Below are positions 28,395 through 39,800 of a stretch of 64,000 nucleotides of DNA, piece by piece. A program made the position numbers and the translations under genes. Below the pieces are notes generated by a model. The model saw nothing but the letters and a program-made list of their open reading frames with translations, had not been told where the DNA came from and ran no database searches. Within the stretch, counting starts at the first letter, position 1; the number at the start of each line of letters is the position of its first letter. The DNA comes from Chlorobiota bacterium. Its GTDB lineage: Bacteria > Bacteroidota > Ignavibacteria > Kapaibacteriales > UBA2268. Location of the stretch: contig JBKAGT010000005.1 in the NCBI GenBank assembly GCA_046290495.1, forward strand, positions 80,039 through 144,038. Reading direction: 5' to 3'.

Positions 28395-30434
28395 ATGTTT
28401 GAATTTGGAATAAAGAATATAGCATTTTTAATCATATTCACAGGAGCAGCAATATTTTTTGCTACTAATGTAAAACGATTAATTGACTGGCTTAAGATAG
28501 GTAAAGATGACAACAGGTTTGATAATGTTGGTGATAGAATAAAACAAACTCTTATTGTTGCTATAGGGCAGAAGAAAATATTAAGAGATAAAAAAGCTGG
28601 GCCTATTCACGCTGGTATCTTTTGGGGCTTTTTAATTCTATTATTTTCAGCAGCAAATTCTGTACTTACGGGTTTTGGGATAATAAATATATTCAATTAT
28701 TTAGGTCCTATCTATAGCGTAATAACTATACTTACTGATGTCTTCATTGCCTTAATAATCATTGCGGTAATTGGGGCGTTATACAGACGTTATGTAATGA
28801 AGATAGAAAGATTGCCGAAAGCTAAGGATGAAAAGATAGAAGCAGCAGCTATATTGGTTACTATATTCTTTATCGTTACTTCATTATTATTTGAAAATGC
28901 AGCTATGATAGCATTGGGTACTCACCCATCTTGGGCTGTGAACCCATTAGCATCTGCTTTAGCACCCTTGTTTAGTGTGTCTGCTGCTAATGTTGTTTAT
29001 AATGTTGCTTGGTGGCTACATATTATACTAATCTTAGCATTTATGAACTTCTTACCATACTCAAAGCACCTTCATGTGCTTACAAGTGTGTTGAATGTTT
29101 ATTTCTCTAACTTAGGTCCAACAAATAAATTAGAACAAATTGATTTTGAAGATGAAAGTATTGAATCTTACGGTGTCTCTGATATTGAAGATCTTTCATG
29201 GAAGACGTTATTAGATGGATACACTTGTACTCACTGTGGTAGATGTACCAGCGTTTGTCCTGCAAACCAGACAGGAAAGATACTCGATCCTCGTGAAATT
29301 ATTGTTCAAATTAGAAACAGAACAGAAGATGTTGCTCCTATAAAACTTAAGCAGAAAGAAGCTGAAAAAGCAGGTACAGAATACGAGCCATCTGAACAAG
29401 AGCAACAACTATTAGATAAAAAATTAGTTGGTGATTATGTAAAACCAGAAGCTTTATGGCAATGTACAACTTGTTCGGCATGCATGGAAGAATGTCCGGT
29501 TAACATTGAGCATGTACCTGCAATAGTTGGTATGAGAAGGTCACTTGTGATGATGGAAGCAGACTTCCCTCAAGAACTTGCTGGAGCTTTTAACAACATA
29601 GAAAATAACGCTGCACCTTGGGCATTTCCACAGGAAGAAAGAGCTGATTGGGCAGAAGGAATGGATGTACAAGAAGCTGCAGATAAGCCAGAGTTTGACA
29701 TTTTATTCTGGGTTGGTTGTTCTGGTAGTTTCGATGATAGATCAAAAAATATCACACAATCATTTGCTAAGTTAATGAACAAAGCAGATATAAATTTTGC
29801 GATATTAGGTAAAGAAGAAGCTTGTAACGGTGACCCAGCGAGAAGAGGTGGAAATGAGTATTTGGCTGATATGTACGTCAAGATGAATATCGAAACTATG
29901 GGACAGTATAATGTTAACAAAATAGTAACTACTTGTCCTCACTGTTTTAATACGCTAAAAAATGAATATCCTGATTTTGGTGGCAATTATGAAGTGATAC
30001 ACCACTCTGAATTTTTAGAAAATCTAATTGATGAAGGTAAACTACCATTCAATCATGATATTAAGAAAGAGCTAAGTGTTGTATTCCATGATTCATGCTA
30101 TTTGGGTAGATTGAATAAGAACTATGATTCACCAAGAAATACTATCAAAGACATCCCAGGATTGAAAGTATTAGAACCACAAAGAACTAAAGATAAAGGT
30201 CTTTGTTGTGGTGCTGGAGGAGCTCAAATGTTTATGGAAGAGACGGAAGGTAAACGTGTAAATGCGGAAAGAACTGAAGAATTACTTAGCACTGGTGCTA
30301 AAACTATTGCTCTTAATTGTCCTTTCTGTATGACTATGATAAATGATGGCGTTGGTAATTCGGGTGCTGAAGGAGTAGAAGTGAAAGATATTTCTGAAAT
30401 TCTTTTAGAACATATTGAGTCTAATCATAAATAA
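28395..30434 (+). CDS. fadF: FadF-family membrane Fe-S oxidoreductase (cytochrome b TM + 2x[4Fe-4S] + 2 CCG domains)
   Basis: TM region with His residues (PIHAGIFWG, WWLH, SKHLH), CTHCGRCTSVCP, CTTCSACMEECP, CPHC, HDSC and CCGAGG. Confidence 0.85.
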   Translation: MFEFGIKNIAFLIIFTGAAIFFATNVKRLIDWLKIGKDDNRFDNVGDRIKQTLIVAIGQKKILRDKKAGPIHAGIFWGFLILLFSAANSVLTGFGIINIFNYLGPIYSVITILTDVFIALIIIAVIGALYRRYVMKIERLPKAKDEKIEAAAILVTIFFIVTSLLFENAAMIALGTHPSWAVNPLASALAPLFSVSAANVVYNVAWWLHIILILAFMNFLPYSKHLHVLTSVLNVYFSNLGPTNKLEQIDFEDESIESYGVSDIEDLSWKTLLDGYTCTHCGRCTSVCPANQTGKILDPREIIVQIRNRTEDVAPIKLKQKEAEKAGTEYEPSEQEQQLLDKKLVGDYVKPEALWQCTTCSACMEECPVNIEHVPAIVGMRRSLVMMEADFPQELAGAFNNIENNAAPWAFPQEERADWAEGMDVQEAADKPEFDILFWVGCSGSFDDRSKNITQSFAKLMNKADINFAILGKEEACNGDPARRGGNEYLADMYVKMNIETMGQYNVNKIVTTCPHCFNTLKNEYPDFGGNYEVIHHSEFLENLIDEGKLPFNHDIKKELSVVFHDSCYLGRLNKNYDSPRNTIKDIPGLKVLEPQRTKDKGLCCGAGGAQMFMEETEGKRVNAERTEELLSTGAKTIALNCPFCMTMINDGVGNSGAEGVEVKDISEILLEHIESNHK

Positions 30435-30437
30435 ATA

Positions 30438-30827
30438 TTATTGGTAATTACTGATATTACAGGCATTTAAGCCAAATATTTTAGATACTTTAGTTCTGTT
30501 TCGAGCTATAATATTATAAATAGGATTAAAAATAAAAACAAATAATGGGTTATCAAAAAGATAGCCCATTACTTTATATACACCATTCATTTTCTTCAAA
30601 GCGAGAAAAACAGCTTTACTTTTTGAATAAATCTGCTTATTACTATTTTGATAGAAATATACAGATTTCGATGTCATATCTTCATCTAGGTCATTATGTA
30701 TTTTTTTTAAAGCTAATACCTGATATGGCTTTATATCTAAAGAATTTTTATCAACTCTTTTTTCAATAAATTCTGCGGTATAAGTACAAATACCACAATC
30801 ACCATCAAATATTAGTATGTCTTTCAT
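30438..30827 (-). CDS. DCC1-like thiol-disulfide oxidoreductase (DUF393)
   Basis: FDGDCGIC and YNIIARNR; ATGA overlap with the purD stop. Confidence 0.85.
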   Translation of the reverse strand: MKDILIFDGDCGICTYTAEFIEKRVDKNSLDIKPYQVLALKKIHNDLDEDMTSKSVYFYQNSNKQIYSKSKAVFLALKKMNGVYKVMGYLFDNPLFVFIFNPIYNIIARNRTKVSKIFGLNACNISNYQ

Positions 30828-32095
30828 TCCTTTATATCTGCTGCAATATCTTTTCTGAAATACTTATTCTCAAAATCTATTCCCATAACCAAATCATAAG
30901 CGTTATTCTTAGCTTCTTCTATTGATTTTGCAATTGCGGTTATTCCTAAAACTCTACCACCGTTATTTATAATTTGACCATTTAATTTTTTTGTACCTGC
31001 ATGGAAAATAAATCTATCTTTTAGTTCTGTATTATTTTTTAGACCTTTTATTTCAAAACCTTTGTGATATGATTCTGGATATCCTTTTGATGCAAGTATA
31101 ACTGTACAAGCTGCCTTATTCTTTTTTATAGAAATAGAGCTTTTATTAATATTCCCTTTTGAAGCAGAGAGAAATAGTTCAGCCATATTTCCATCAATAA
31201 GTGAAAGTACTGATTGAGTTTCTGGATCACCAAACCTAACATTGAACTCAATTACTTTAGGTTGATTATTATATATCATCAAACCACAGAACAAACAGCC
31301 TTTGAATTCTGATCCTCGAGCTTTCATACCTCTTAATGTAGGCTCAACAATTTCTTTTGCTATCTTATCCAAAACATCTTTGTTGACATAAGGAGTTGGC
31401 GCAAATGATCCCATACCACCTGTGTTCAAACCTTGGTCACCTTCTTTTGCTCTTTTGTAATCTTGAGAAGGAGGTAAAAGCACATAGTCGTCACCATCAC
31501 ATATAGCAAATACTGAAGCTTCTACTCCATTTAAAAATTCTTCAATTACAACTGTCTCACTAGCTGAGCTAAATTTTCCTTCGAAAAATTCATCTAATGT
31601 TAATTTTGCTTCATCCTTGCTATTACAAATAAATACACCTTTACCTCCAGCTAAACCATCTGCCTTTAAAACTATATGCGAATTGAAAGAATCAATATAC
31701 TTATAAGCTAGTTCTTTCTGGTCTTTACTAAATACTTTATAGCCAGCAGTAGGAATATTAAACTCATCCATAAATTGCTTTGCAAATGATTTGGAAGACT
31801 CTAATTGAGAAGCATATTTATTGGGACCAAAACAGTTGATTTTATACTTATTAAGAATATCTACTATTCCATCTGCTAATGGTTGTTCTGGACCTACTAC
31901 TACTAAATCTACATTTTCGTTTTCACAAAATGAAATTAAATCATGTTCATCATTAATGTCAAAGCTGACATTCTTAGCGAATTGTTCTGTGCCCGGATTA
32001 CCAGGATTACAATAAACCTTGTTATTACCTGATTGATAAAGTTTAAAACTTAAAGCATGTTCTCTTCCACCACTACCAATAACTAATATATTCAT
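30824..32095 (-). CDS. purD: Phosphoribosylamine--glycine ligase
   Basis: GSGGREHAL, VGPEQPL, KADGLAGGKGV, NTGGMGS, EFNVRFGDPETQ and GGRVL. Confidence 0.97.
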   Translation of the reverse strand: MNILVIGSGGREHALSFKLYQSGNNKVYCNPGNPGTEQFAKNVSFDINDEHDLISFCENENVDLVVVGPEQPLADGIVDILNKYKINCFGPNKYASQLESSKSFAKQFMDEFNIPTAGYKVFSKDQKELAYKYIDSFNSHIVLKADGLAGGKGVFICNSKDEAKLTLDEFFEGKFSSASETVVIEEFLNGVEASVFAICDGDDYVLLPPSQDYKRAKEGDQGLNTGGMGSFAPTPYVNKDVLDKIAKEIVEPTLRGMKARGSEFKGCLFCGLMIYNNQPKVIEFNVRFGDPETQSVLSLIDGNMAELFLSASKGNINKSSISIKKNKAACTVILASKGYPESYHKGFEIKGLKNNTELKDRFIFHAGTKKLNGQIINNGGRVLGITAIAKSIEEAKNNAYDLVMGIDFENKYFRKDIAADIKE

Positions 32096-32245
32096 TATTT
32101 TTTCTTATAATTTGAGTTTCTAAAGTTTAACAAATTAATAAAAAGATTAGTTAGGATTAAATAGATTGATAAATGAAAACTAAAAATGAGTTTATAAAAT
32201 CATATTTTTGCTAAGGTTTTAAATTGGTGAGACAAGGAGAATATT

Positions 32246-32866
32246 ATGGAATCAGTAAAAATAATTGAAATAGCAGGTACAGCTGCGTTTAGTATAGCAG
32301 GTGCATTTGCAGCGATGGAGAAAAAATTAGACTTGTTTGGTATTTTTATTATCGCCTTTGTAACTGCAATGGGTGGTGGAACATTACGTGATGTATTGAT
32401 TGGTGATTTACCTGTAAAATGGATGTTGGATATGAGTTATGGATTAGTTGTATTGCTTAGTACACTATCCGCTTTATTGTTTACAAGGGTTATTCTTAAT
32501 TATCATAAAATATTACTATTATTCGATTCAATAGGATTAGGATTCTTTACTCTAGCTGGTATTCAAATTGGTTTAACTCTTGGTTTTACACCAATAACAT
32601 GTGTAGCTTTAGGTACAATGTCAGCATGTTTTGGTGGCGTAATTAGAGATATATCATTAAACAATATCCCATTAATATTTGAGAAAGAAATATATGCTAC
32701 AGCATGTATTGTTGGTGGAATCTTGTACTTTCTGTTGGGTAACTTACATATACAACAATCTTATGTTGAAGTAATTTCTTTACTTACAATTGTTTTATTT
32801 CGCTTGTTGGCTGTGAAATATGATTGGCAACTTCCTTCTCCTTGGAAAAGTAAATTGAATTATTAA
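32246..32866 (+). CDS. Trimeric intracellular cation channel (TRIC/UPF0126) family membrane protein
   Basis: Two repeats with GGGTLRD and FGGVIRD, EIYATA; a TATTTTTG -7 element at 32203-32210. Confidence 0.88.
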   Translation: MESVKIIEIAGTAAFSIAGAFAAMEKKLDLFGIFIIAFVTAMGGGTLRDVLIGDLPVKWMLDMSYGLVVLLSTLSALLFTRVILNYHKILLLFDSIGLGFFTLAGIQIGLTLGFTPITCVALGTMSACFGGVIRDISLNNIPLIFEKEIYATACIVGGILYFLLGNLHIQQSYVEVISLLTIVLFRLLAVKYDWQLPSPWKSKLNY

Positions 32867-32983
32867 TCTAAATACAGTAATTATTGTTGAAAAATAAAGG
32901 TGATTATATCCGTTAGCTTTATGACTTACTCGCTATAATTTATTAATTTAGACATTAAAACTATGCAAAATAAAAGGTAAAAA

Positions 32984-34039
32984 ATGGCAAAGAAAGAAAC
33001 TTCAAAAAAAATTGGTGTTGAAATCAATCCTGATAAATTAAAGGCTGTTGACCTAGCTATGGAACAAATAGAAAGGCAACATGGCAAGGGCTCAATTATG
33101 AGATTGAGTGACCAACAAGTTGTTGATGTAGAAGCTATCTCTACAGGTTGTATGTCTCTTGATGCAGCAATTGGTGTAGGGGGTATACCAAGAGGTAGAA
33201 TAGTAGAAATATTTGGACCTGAGTCATCTGGTAAAACAACAGTTTGTTTGCACGTAATAGCAGAAGCACAAAAAGCTGGTGGATTAGCAGCTTTTGTTGA
33301 TACTGAACATGCCTTGGATATAAATTATGCTCAGAGGTTAGGTGTAGACCTTAATAATCTTTTACTTTCACAGCCTGAATTTGGTGAACAAGCATTAGAA
33401 ATTGTAGAAACTCTTGTTCGTTCAGGCGGAGTCGATGTAGTTATAGTTGACTCCGTAGCAGCTCTTACTCCTAGAGTAGAAATAGAAGGCGAAATGGGTG
33501 ATGCACAAATGGGTTCACAAGCAAGACTAATGTCTCAAGCGATGAGAAAGCTTAATGCGGCTATTGGTAAATCAAAGACTACAGTAATATTCACTAACCA
33601 ACTAAGAAGTAAAATTGGTGTGATATATGGTAATCCTGAAACGACTACAGGTGGTAATGCACTGAAATTCTATGCTTCAGTTAGATTAGATATCCGTAGA
33701 AAAGAAGTTCTAAAGGAAGGATCAGATATAATAGGTAACAGAGTAAGAGTCAAGGTACTTAAGAATAAAGTAGCTCCACCGTTCAAAGACACCGAGTTTG
33801 ATATCATGTATAATGAGGGAATATCGAAGGTTGGTGATATGGTGGATATGGCCACTGGTTATGGAATTATAAATAAATCTGGTTCATGGTATACGTTTGG
33901 TGAAGAAAGAGTGCAGGGTAGAGATGCATTGAAAAAGTTAATTAAAGAAGATAAAGCTCTGATGGATAATTTAGAAACCCAAGTTTTAGAGAAAATATCA
34001 CCTAAGAAAGAAAAAGAAGAAAGCGGAATTGACAAGTAG
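32984..34039 (+). CDS. recA: Recombinase RecA
   Basis: [25 protein letters not shown] and [14 protein letters not shown]. Confidence 0.99.
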   Translation: MAKKETSKKIGVEINPDKLKAVDLAMEQIERQHGKGSIMRLSDQQVVDVEAISTGCMSLDAAIGVGGIPRGRIVEIFGPESSGKTTVCLHVIAEAQKAGGLAAFVDTEHALDINYAQRLGVDLNNLLLSQPEFGEQALEIVETLVRSGGVDVVIVDSVAALTPRVEIEGEMGDAQMGSQARLMSQAMRKLNAAIGKSKTTVIFTNQLRSKIGVIYGNPETTTGGNALKFYASVRLDIRRKEVLKEGSDIIGNRVRVKVLKNKVAPPFKDTEFDIMYNEGISKVGDMVDMATGYGIINKSGSWYTFGEERVQGRDALKKLIKEDKALMDNLETQVLEKISPKKEKEESGIDK

Positions 34040-34041
34040 TA

Positions 34042-34668
34042 ATGCATGAAGTAGAGTCTATAAATAAAAAAAAATACTCAAAAAAGTATTTTATAAATTT
34101 TAAAGATGATACAAATGAATTTATATTATTGAATATTGACATTATATCTAAGAATCAAATAAGCATTGGTGCTAAGCTGTCAGATACTGATATTACCACT
34201 GCTTTGAAAATGCAAGATATAGTTGACGCAAAACAAAAAGCTTATAGCTATGTATCTTATAAGCCACGTTCAGAATTCGAAGTTCGAAAAAGACTACAAG
34301 ATAAAGAGTTTGATAGTGATGTAATCGAAATTGCAATTAAATTTCTTTTTGAGTATAAATTGCTTGATGATGAAAAGTTTACCAAATCTTATGTTAGAAG
34401 TTATTTGGAAAGGAAACCATCAGGTAAATTTAAACTTGTGAATGAATTAAAGAAAAAAGGCATTTCTGAAGAGTTGATTGCAAATTCAATAAGAAAGATT
34501 TATAATGAATTTAATTTGTTTGATTTGGCAATCAAAGCGGCAACTAAACATCAAAATAAAATACATTATAAACCAAAATCAAAACAAAAAGATTTAGTTA
34601 TAAGCTTCCTGAAACGAAGGGGTTTCAATTGGGAAACAATAAGTAAAGTAATTGATAAAATGTTCTAA
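34042..34668 (+). CDS. recX: Regulatory protein RecX
   Basis: Directly after recA; RSEFEVRKRL, LLDDEKF, ELKKKGI and FLKRRGF. Confidence 0.9.
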   Translation: MHEVESINKKKYSKKYFINFKDDTNEFILLNIDIISKNQISIGAKLSDTDITTALKMQDIVDAKQKAYSYVSYKPRSEFEVRKRLQDKEFDSDVIEIAIKFLFEYKLLDDEKFTKSYVRSYLERKPSGKFKLVNELKKKGISEELIANSIRKIYNEFNLFDLAIKAATKHQNKIHYKPKSKQKDLVISFLKRRGFNWETISKVIDKMF

Positions 34669-34739
34669 ATATATAATTAGTATATACGTTAAAAGAAAAA
34701 AATAAATTAAACTTAAATTAAAACTACGGTGTTAAAAAT

Positions 34740-36065
34740 ATGTCAACTATGACTGAAAATATACCAGCGAAAGCTGAACAAGGAAAATTATCAGAAGTTC
34801 CTGGTAAATATTGTGTAAGAGATATCAATCTTGCTGATAAAGGTAGGTTGTTATTAGACTGGGCAGAATCAAGAATGCCCGTAATGAACAAATTAAGAGA
34901 AGAGTATAAGAAAACAAAACCACTAGAAGGATATATTATTTCAGGTTGCTTACATGTAACTAAGGAAACTGGTATTCTGATAAGAGCTTTAAAAGATGCA
35001 GGTGCAGAAGTATGGTGGTCTGGTTGTAATCCTTTGTCAACAAATGATGCAGTAGCTGCTGCATTAGCAGAGGAAGGAATAAATATTTTCGCATGGTATG
35101 ACAACGGGCCAGATTTTTACTGGTGTATAGAGAGAACTATAGATTGCAAACCACACTTGACTTTAGACGATGGTTGTGATTTGATTAATACAGTTCACGA
35201 AAAGTATAAGGATTTGGCTCAAAATCATGTAGTTGGTGGTACAGAAGAAACTACTACAGGTATTCATAGATTACGTTCACGTGAAAAAGCGGGTGAACTA
35301 TACTATCCAGTTTATGCAGTTAATGATGCTGAAACGAAATGGGATTTTGACAATGTATATGGTACTGGTCAATCTACATTAGATGGCATAATAAGAGCTA
35401 CTTCTGTTTTATTAGCAGGTAAAAACTTTGTTGTAGCTGGACATGGTCACTGTGGTTCTGGTGTTGCACTTAGAGCAAAAGGAATGGGTGCAAACGTAAT
35501 GATCACTGAAGTTAAGCCAACTGCTGCTATGAAAGGTGTGTTAAATGGTCATGAAGTATTGACTATGGACGAGGCATCAAAAGTTGGAGATATATTCTGT
35601 ACAGCTACAGGTGTAAAAGATATTATTAGAAAAGAACATTTCGAAAATATGCGTGATGGTGCAATAGTATGTAATACTGGTCATTATGATAGCGAAATAA
35701 ATATTCCAGAACTTGAAGAAATATCTGTTTCAAAGAGAACCATCAGAGAAAACTGTGAAGAGTACACTTTGAAAAATGGTAAAAAGATTTTCTTATTAGC
35801 GCAAGGTAGATTGATTAATTTAGCTGCTGCAGAAGGTCACCCATCTGAGGTTATGGATATGTCATTCGCTAATCAATTCTTATCTCACGTTGCATTGGCA
35901 CAAGCTCACACGAAAGGGGAGAAGTTACCTAATTCTGTAATTGAAATTCCTGTAGAGCAAGATGAATTTGTAGCAGAAACTAAATTAGCTACTATGAATA
36001 TGGCTATTGATAGCTTAACGGAAGAACAAATCAAATATATTGATGATTATAATAGTGGTACTTAA
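34740..36065 (+). CDS. ahcY: Adenosylhomocysteinase (short, archaeal/Thermotoga-like type)
   Basis: GCLHVTKET, SGCNPLST, DDGCD, EETTTG, FDNVYGTGQS, GRLINL and GHPSEVMDMSFANQ. Confidence 0.95.
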   Translation: MSTMTENIPAKAEQGKLSEVPGKYCVRDINLADKGRLLLDWAESRMPVMNKLREEYKKTKPLEGYIISGCLHVTKETGILIRALKDAGAEVWWSGCNPLSTNDAVAAALAEEGINIFAWYDNGPDFYWCIERTIDCKPHLTLDDGCDLINTVHEKYKDLAQNHVVGGTEETTTGIHRLRSREKAGELYYPVYAVNDAETKWDFDNVYGTGQSTLDGIIRATSVLLAGKNFVVAGHGHCGSGVALRAKGMGANVMITEVKPTAAMKGVLNGHEVLTMDEASKVGDIFCTATGVKDIIRKEHFENMRDGAIVCNTGHYDSEINIPELEEISVSKRTIRENCEEYTLKNGKKIFLLAQGRLINLAAAEGHPSEVMDMSFANQFLSHVALAQAHTKGEKLPNSVIEIPVEQDEFVAETKLATMNMAIDSLTEEQIKYIDDYNSGT

Positions 36066-36090
36066 TTAAAATATTAGTATATTTTTATAT

Positions 36091-36124
36091 AAAAGCTTAC
36101 TTAATCAAAGTAAGCTTTTTTTTT
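36091..36124 (+). terminator. Rho-independent terminator after ahcY
   Basis: AAAAGCTTACTT-AATCA-AAGTAAGCTTTT followed by a T run. Confidence 0.85.
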
Positions 36125-36196
36125 AAACATTTTTTTATTTTTTTAAAAAAAAATGTTTATTAGAGTGAATTTTTTTTCAATTATTTAGGAGGTCTT

Positions 36197-36754
36197 ATGA
36201 AAAAGACTCTTTTACTATGTACTATTGCCATATTTGCATTGTTGTTTAGTACAACAAATTTAAAAGCTCAATTACCATCTGGATCAGTTGGAATTGGATC
36301 CAATTTTGGAAGTGGTGTAGCCGGATTAAGTGTGGCATATGCATTCTCAAATTCATTCGACTTAATGTTAAATTTGGGATATACTAATAATTCACAAACT
36401 AATAGTGAATCTGATAACAGTGTAAGTTCTAGTCAAACTTCGATTGGTATTGGAGGTAGAATATTTTTTAGTGACAATAAAACAATAGATCCTTTTTTAG
36501 GTTTAGGTTTGAGTTACTCTGATTCTGGAATTGCCTTAGTTGAAGATGCAGGACAGGATGCAACGGCAATACTAGGGCAAATTATGATTGGTGGTCAATC
36601 TGAAATAGCAACTAATTTCTTCTTATATATTTCAACTGGAATTGTTTATGGGTCTTCATCTGCCGATTCAGAATTTGGAAATGAAACTGTTACATTAACA
36701 AATAGCGTTTTGACTCTTGGTACTACTGCAGTTGGTGCTCTTATATATTTTTAA
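36197..36754 (+). CDS. Small outer membrane beta-barrel protein
   Basis: AGGAGG RBS, signal ..LKA|Q, amphipathic strands (PFLGLGLSY), C-terminal LIYF. Confidence 0.75.
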   Translation: MKKTLLLCTIAIFALLFSTTNLKAQLPSGSVGIGSNFGSGVAGLSVAYAFSNSFDLMLNLGYTNNSQTNSESDNSVSSSQTSIGIGGRIFFSDNKTIDPFLGLGLSYSDSGIALVEDAGQDATAILGQIMIGGQSEIATNFFLYISTGIVYGSSSADSEFGNETVTLTNSVLTLGTTAVGALIYF

Positions 36755-36773
36755 TCTGATTGCCTGATATATT

Positions 36774-36812
36774 AAAAAAAGCCGATATAAAATTAGATTT
36801 ATATCGGCTTTT
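36774..36812. terminator. Bidirectional Rho-independent terminator between convergent genes
   Basis: A run-GCCGATATAAA-ATTAGA-TTTATATCGGC-T run. Confidence 0.88.
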
Positions 36813-36834
36813 GTATTTGTAATTGAATCTAAGT

Positions 36835-39800
36835 TTAATGAATGTGAGTGCCATAACCACATTGACACTTTGGTAATTCGAATGAGTTTACTCTCTGGTG
36901 AAAATCAAATCCTTCATATTTGTCAGAATTCCACCAAAAATCTTCTCTTGGATTGTCATAATTTCCAATTTCATCCATTGTTTCTGATTCATACATTCTA
37001 CCATTTATAATTGTATAAACTACATTTTCTGTAGTATAAATATCATCTAATGGATTCCCATCAATAACAATCAAATCAGCTAACTTGCCGGTTTCAATAG
37101 AACCAATCTCACTGTCCATACCTAGATAAGTGGCACCATTTATTGTAGCAGCTTGTAACACTTCCATATTACTCATTCCACCTTGATGGAGCATCCACAT
37201 TTCCCAATGAGCACCCAGTCCTTGAAGTTGACCGTGAGCTCCCATATTAACTTTTATTCCATTATCTGTCATTTTCTTTAATGATTGAGAAGTAAGTATA
37301 TGTCCATTATCATATTCTTCATTTGGTATCATTGTCCTATGTCTAGCTCGTGAATCAATTACCTCTCTAGGAGTAAAGATTAGCAATCTTTCTTTTTCCC
37401 AGACATTTGTGTTCTGATACCAATAATATTCGCCTGTAACAGAGCCATAATTTACTACCAATGTTGGAGTATTGTGTGTTTCGGTATTAGACCAAAATTT
37501 TAGAACATCATCATAAAGTGGTGCAACAGGGATATTATGCTCTATACCCGTATGACCGTCTGCTACCATTGACAAATTATGGAAGAAATGTGACCCTCCT
37601 TCTGGAAAGACTAACATTTCTAATTCTCTAGCAGCTTCTATAATCTGTTGTCTCTGGTTTCGTCGCGGTTGGTTGTAAGATTTCACTGAAAAGGCACCAA
37701 ATGCTTTAGTTCTTCTAAGGTGAGATTTAGCATCTTCTAAATTATTTACAACTGCTTTAAAATCTCCATCTGCCCCGTATAGAATAATGCCAGTCGAGTA
37801 AGTTCTAGGTCCAACCATTCTACCTGTTTTAATCATTTCAGAATGGCTAAAGACCATTTCAGAATTTGAAGAAGGATCATGGGTTGTAGTAACACCATAA
37901 GCTAAATTTGCATAGTAAGGCCAGTGCTTTTCAGGACTTAATCCATACCTAAAAGTTCCTTGATGAGCATGTACGTCTATTAGTCCAGGCATTATAGTTT
38001 TTCCTTTTAAGTCATAAACTTTAGCATTTTTAGGAATAGCCACTTCATCTTGAAAACCAAAATTTAAAATCTTGTTTTCATCAATTACTACTGTTCCATT
38101 TTCTATAACTGTTGAGTCCTCATCCATGGTTAATATTCTAGCGTTTGTAAATGCTAATAATCCATCTGGTTTATCAGATTTTACCATTGTTTGAATTTCA
38201 ATTTTATCAGACTTTACACTTTCATTATTTTCAGAATTTTTATTTATATAGTCAAAACTATCTTCTAAAGATATAGTATGATAATCTGCCCCTAATGTCC
38301 AATGAAGTTTTTTGCTATCATTTGACCAATGTAGATTGATTCCAGCATCGCTTGCTACTTCTGCTATGGGTATTGATTTTGTATTTGCACTCAAGTCAAT
38401 TGATTGACCTGATTTAGGAAATCTTGCTATATATACTTTATGCAATTCATTAAATGCTATGAAATTTCCATCAGGACTAGGAACAAATTTATTTGAATAC
38501 TTTGAACTAAAGTGTTGCTTATGGTCATTACCAGTTAAGTCAACAGAGTGAAATCCCTTGTCTAAGCTACCGAAATAGTAGCCACCTGTTTGAAAATAGA
38601 TTCTTGTATCATTATTGTTTAATAGGGGATACTCACCAGATTCAGAAATTAATTTTGGTTTAGAATTAGAATTCTCTAAATCTAATGTATAAATACCTGG
38701 GTTTGTAGTATAGTCAAACCCCTGATGTTCATTACCCGATTCTTTTAAGTATAATAATGTAGATTTATCTTTAGTTAGTGACGGAGTTCTATAGATACCT
38801 TTTGGTAAATTAACTTTTTTGGATGACTTGGAGTTGAAATCATAAATCATGATTTTTCCTTTTTCTGAATCTGACCAAGTAACATAAACCAATTTCGTTC
38901 CATCTGAACTGAATGAAGGTTCATATTCAAAATTCTTGTCATTAGTTAGTCGTTTTGCGTTTTTACTATTTTTATCATATATATATAAATAACCTGCTGC
39001 ATTATACACAATTTTATTTCCATCAGGAGAAGTAACAGCACCTCTTAGTACTTTTAGTATTATCTCATCTTCATGTACTTTGTTATCAAACCTTACCGTT
39101 TTTTGGATTTTTTGTCTTGCATTTACTTCAAAAGGTATTTCTGTATAATCTTTAGTGTTTACATCAACTTCCCAAAGTTTACCATTTCCATATATTACAA
39201 TTGATTTGCCATCAGGGGACCATGCAAAGCCCGGATAAACCCCAAAAATTGCCCATGCTTCTTGTTGATCTTTAATTAATTTATCAAATATAGGCCACTC
39301 TTCTCCAGTCTCAGTGTCTTTAATAAATAGAATAGTTTTTGTTCTAACCCTAGATACAAAAGCCAAATATTTGCCATCAGGTGAAATCTGCGGTCTGAAT
39401 GCACTGCCAGAACCTGAAATATAAGTCTCTGTATCACCATCTTCTAATGAATATCTTTTGATTACATAAATGCCTTTATTAGGGTCTTTGTTATATTGAA
39501 AAAAACCACCTGGATACATATCCTCAGAATAATATAAGTACTTACCGACTTTAGAGACAGAAGGTTCATTTACATCTTGTTGATCATTTTTCTTTTTAGT
39601 TAATTGAATCCCACTTCCACCAGATATATGATACATCCACATTTCTCCTGCACCAGCAGATCTAGTAGATGTGAAGTGCTTACGTGCAATAAGAAACTCA
39701 CTATCATGTGACCATACTGCATTATTAAGCAATCTGAAATCCTCTTTTGTTATCTGTTTTGCATCAGAACCATCAGTATTCATAATCCAAATATTATCAG

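Noticed and set aside
32867-32983. LexA/SOS box upstream of recA
   Set aside because: No convincing palindrome or known LexA motif was recognisable.
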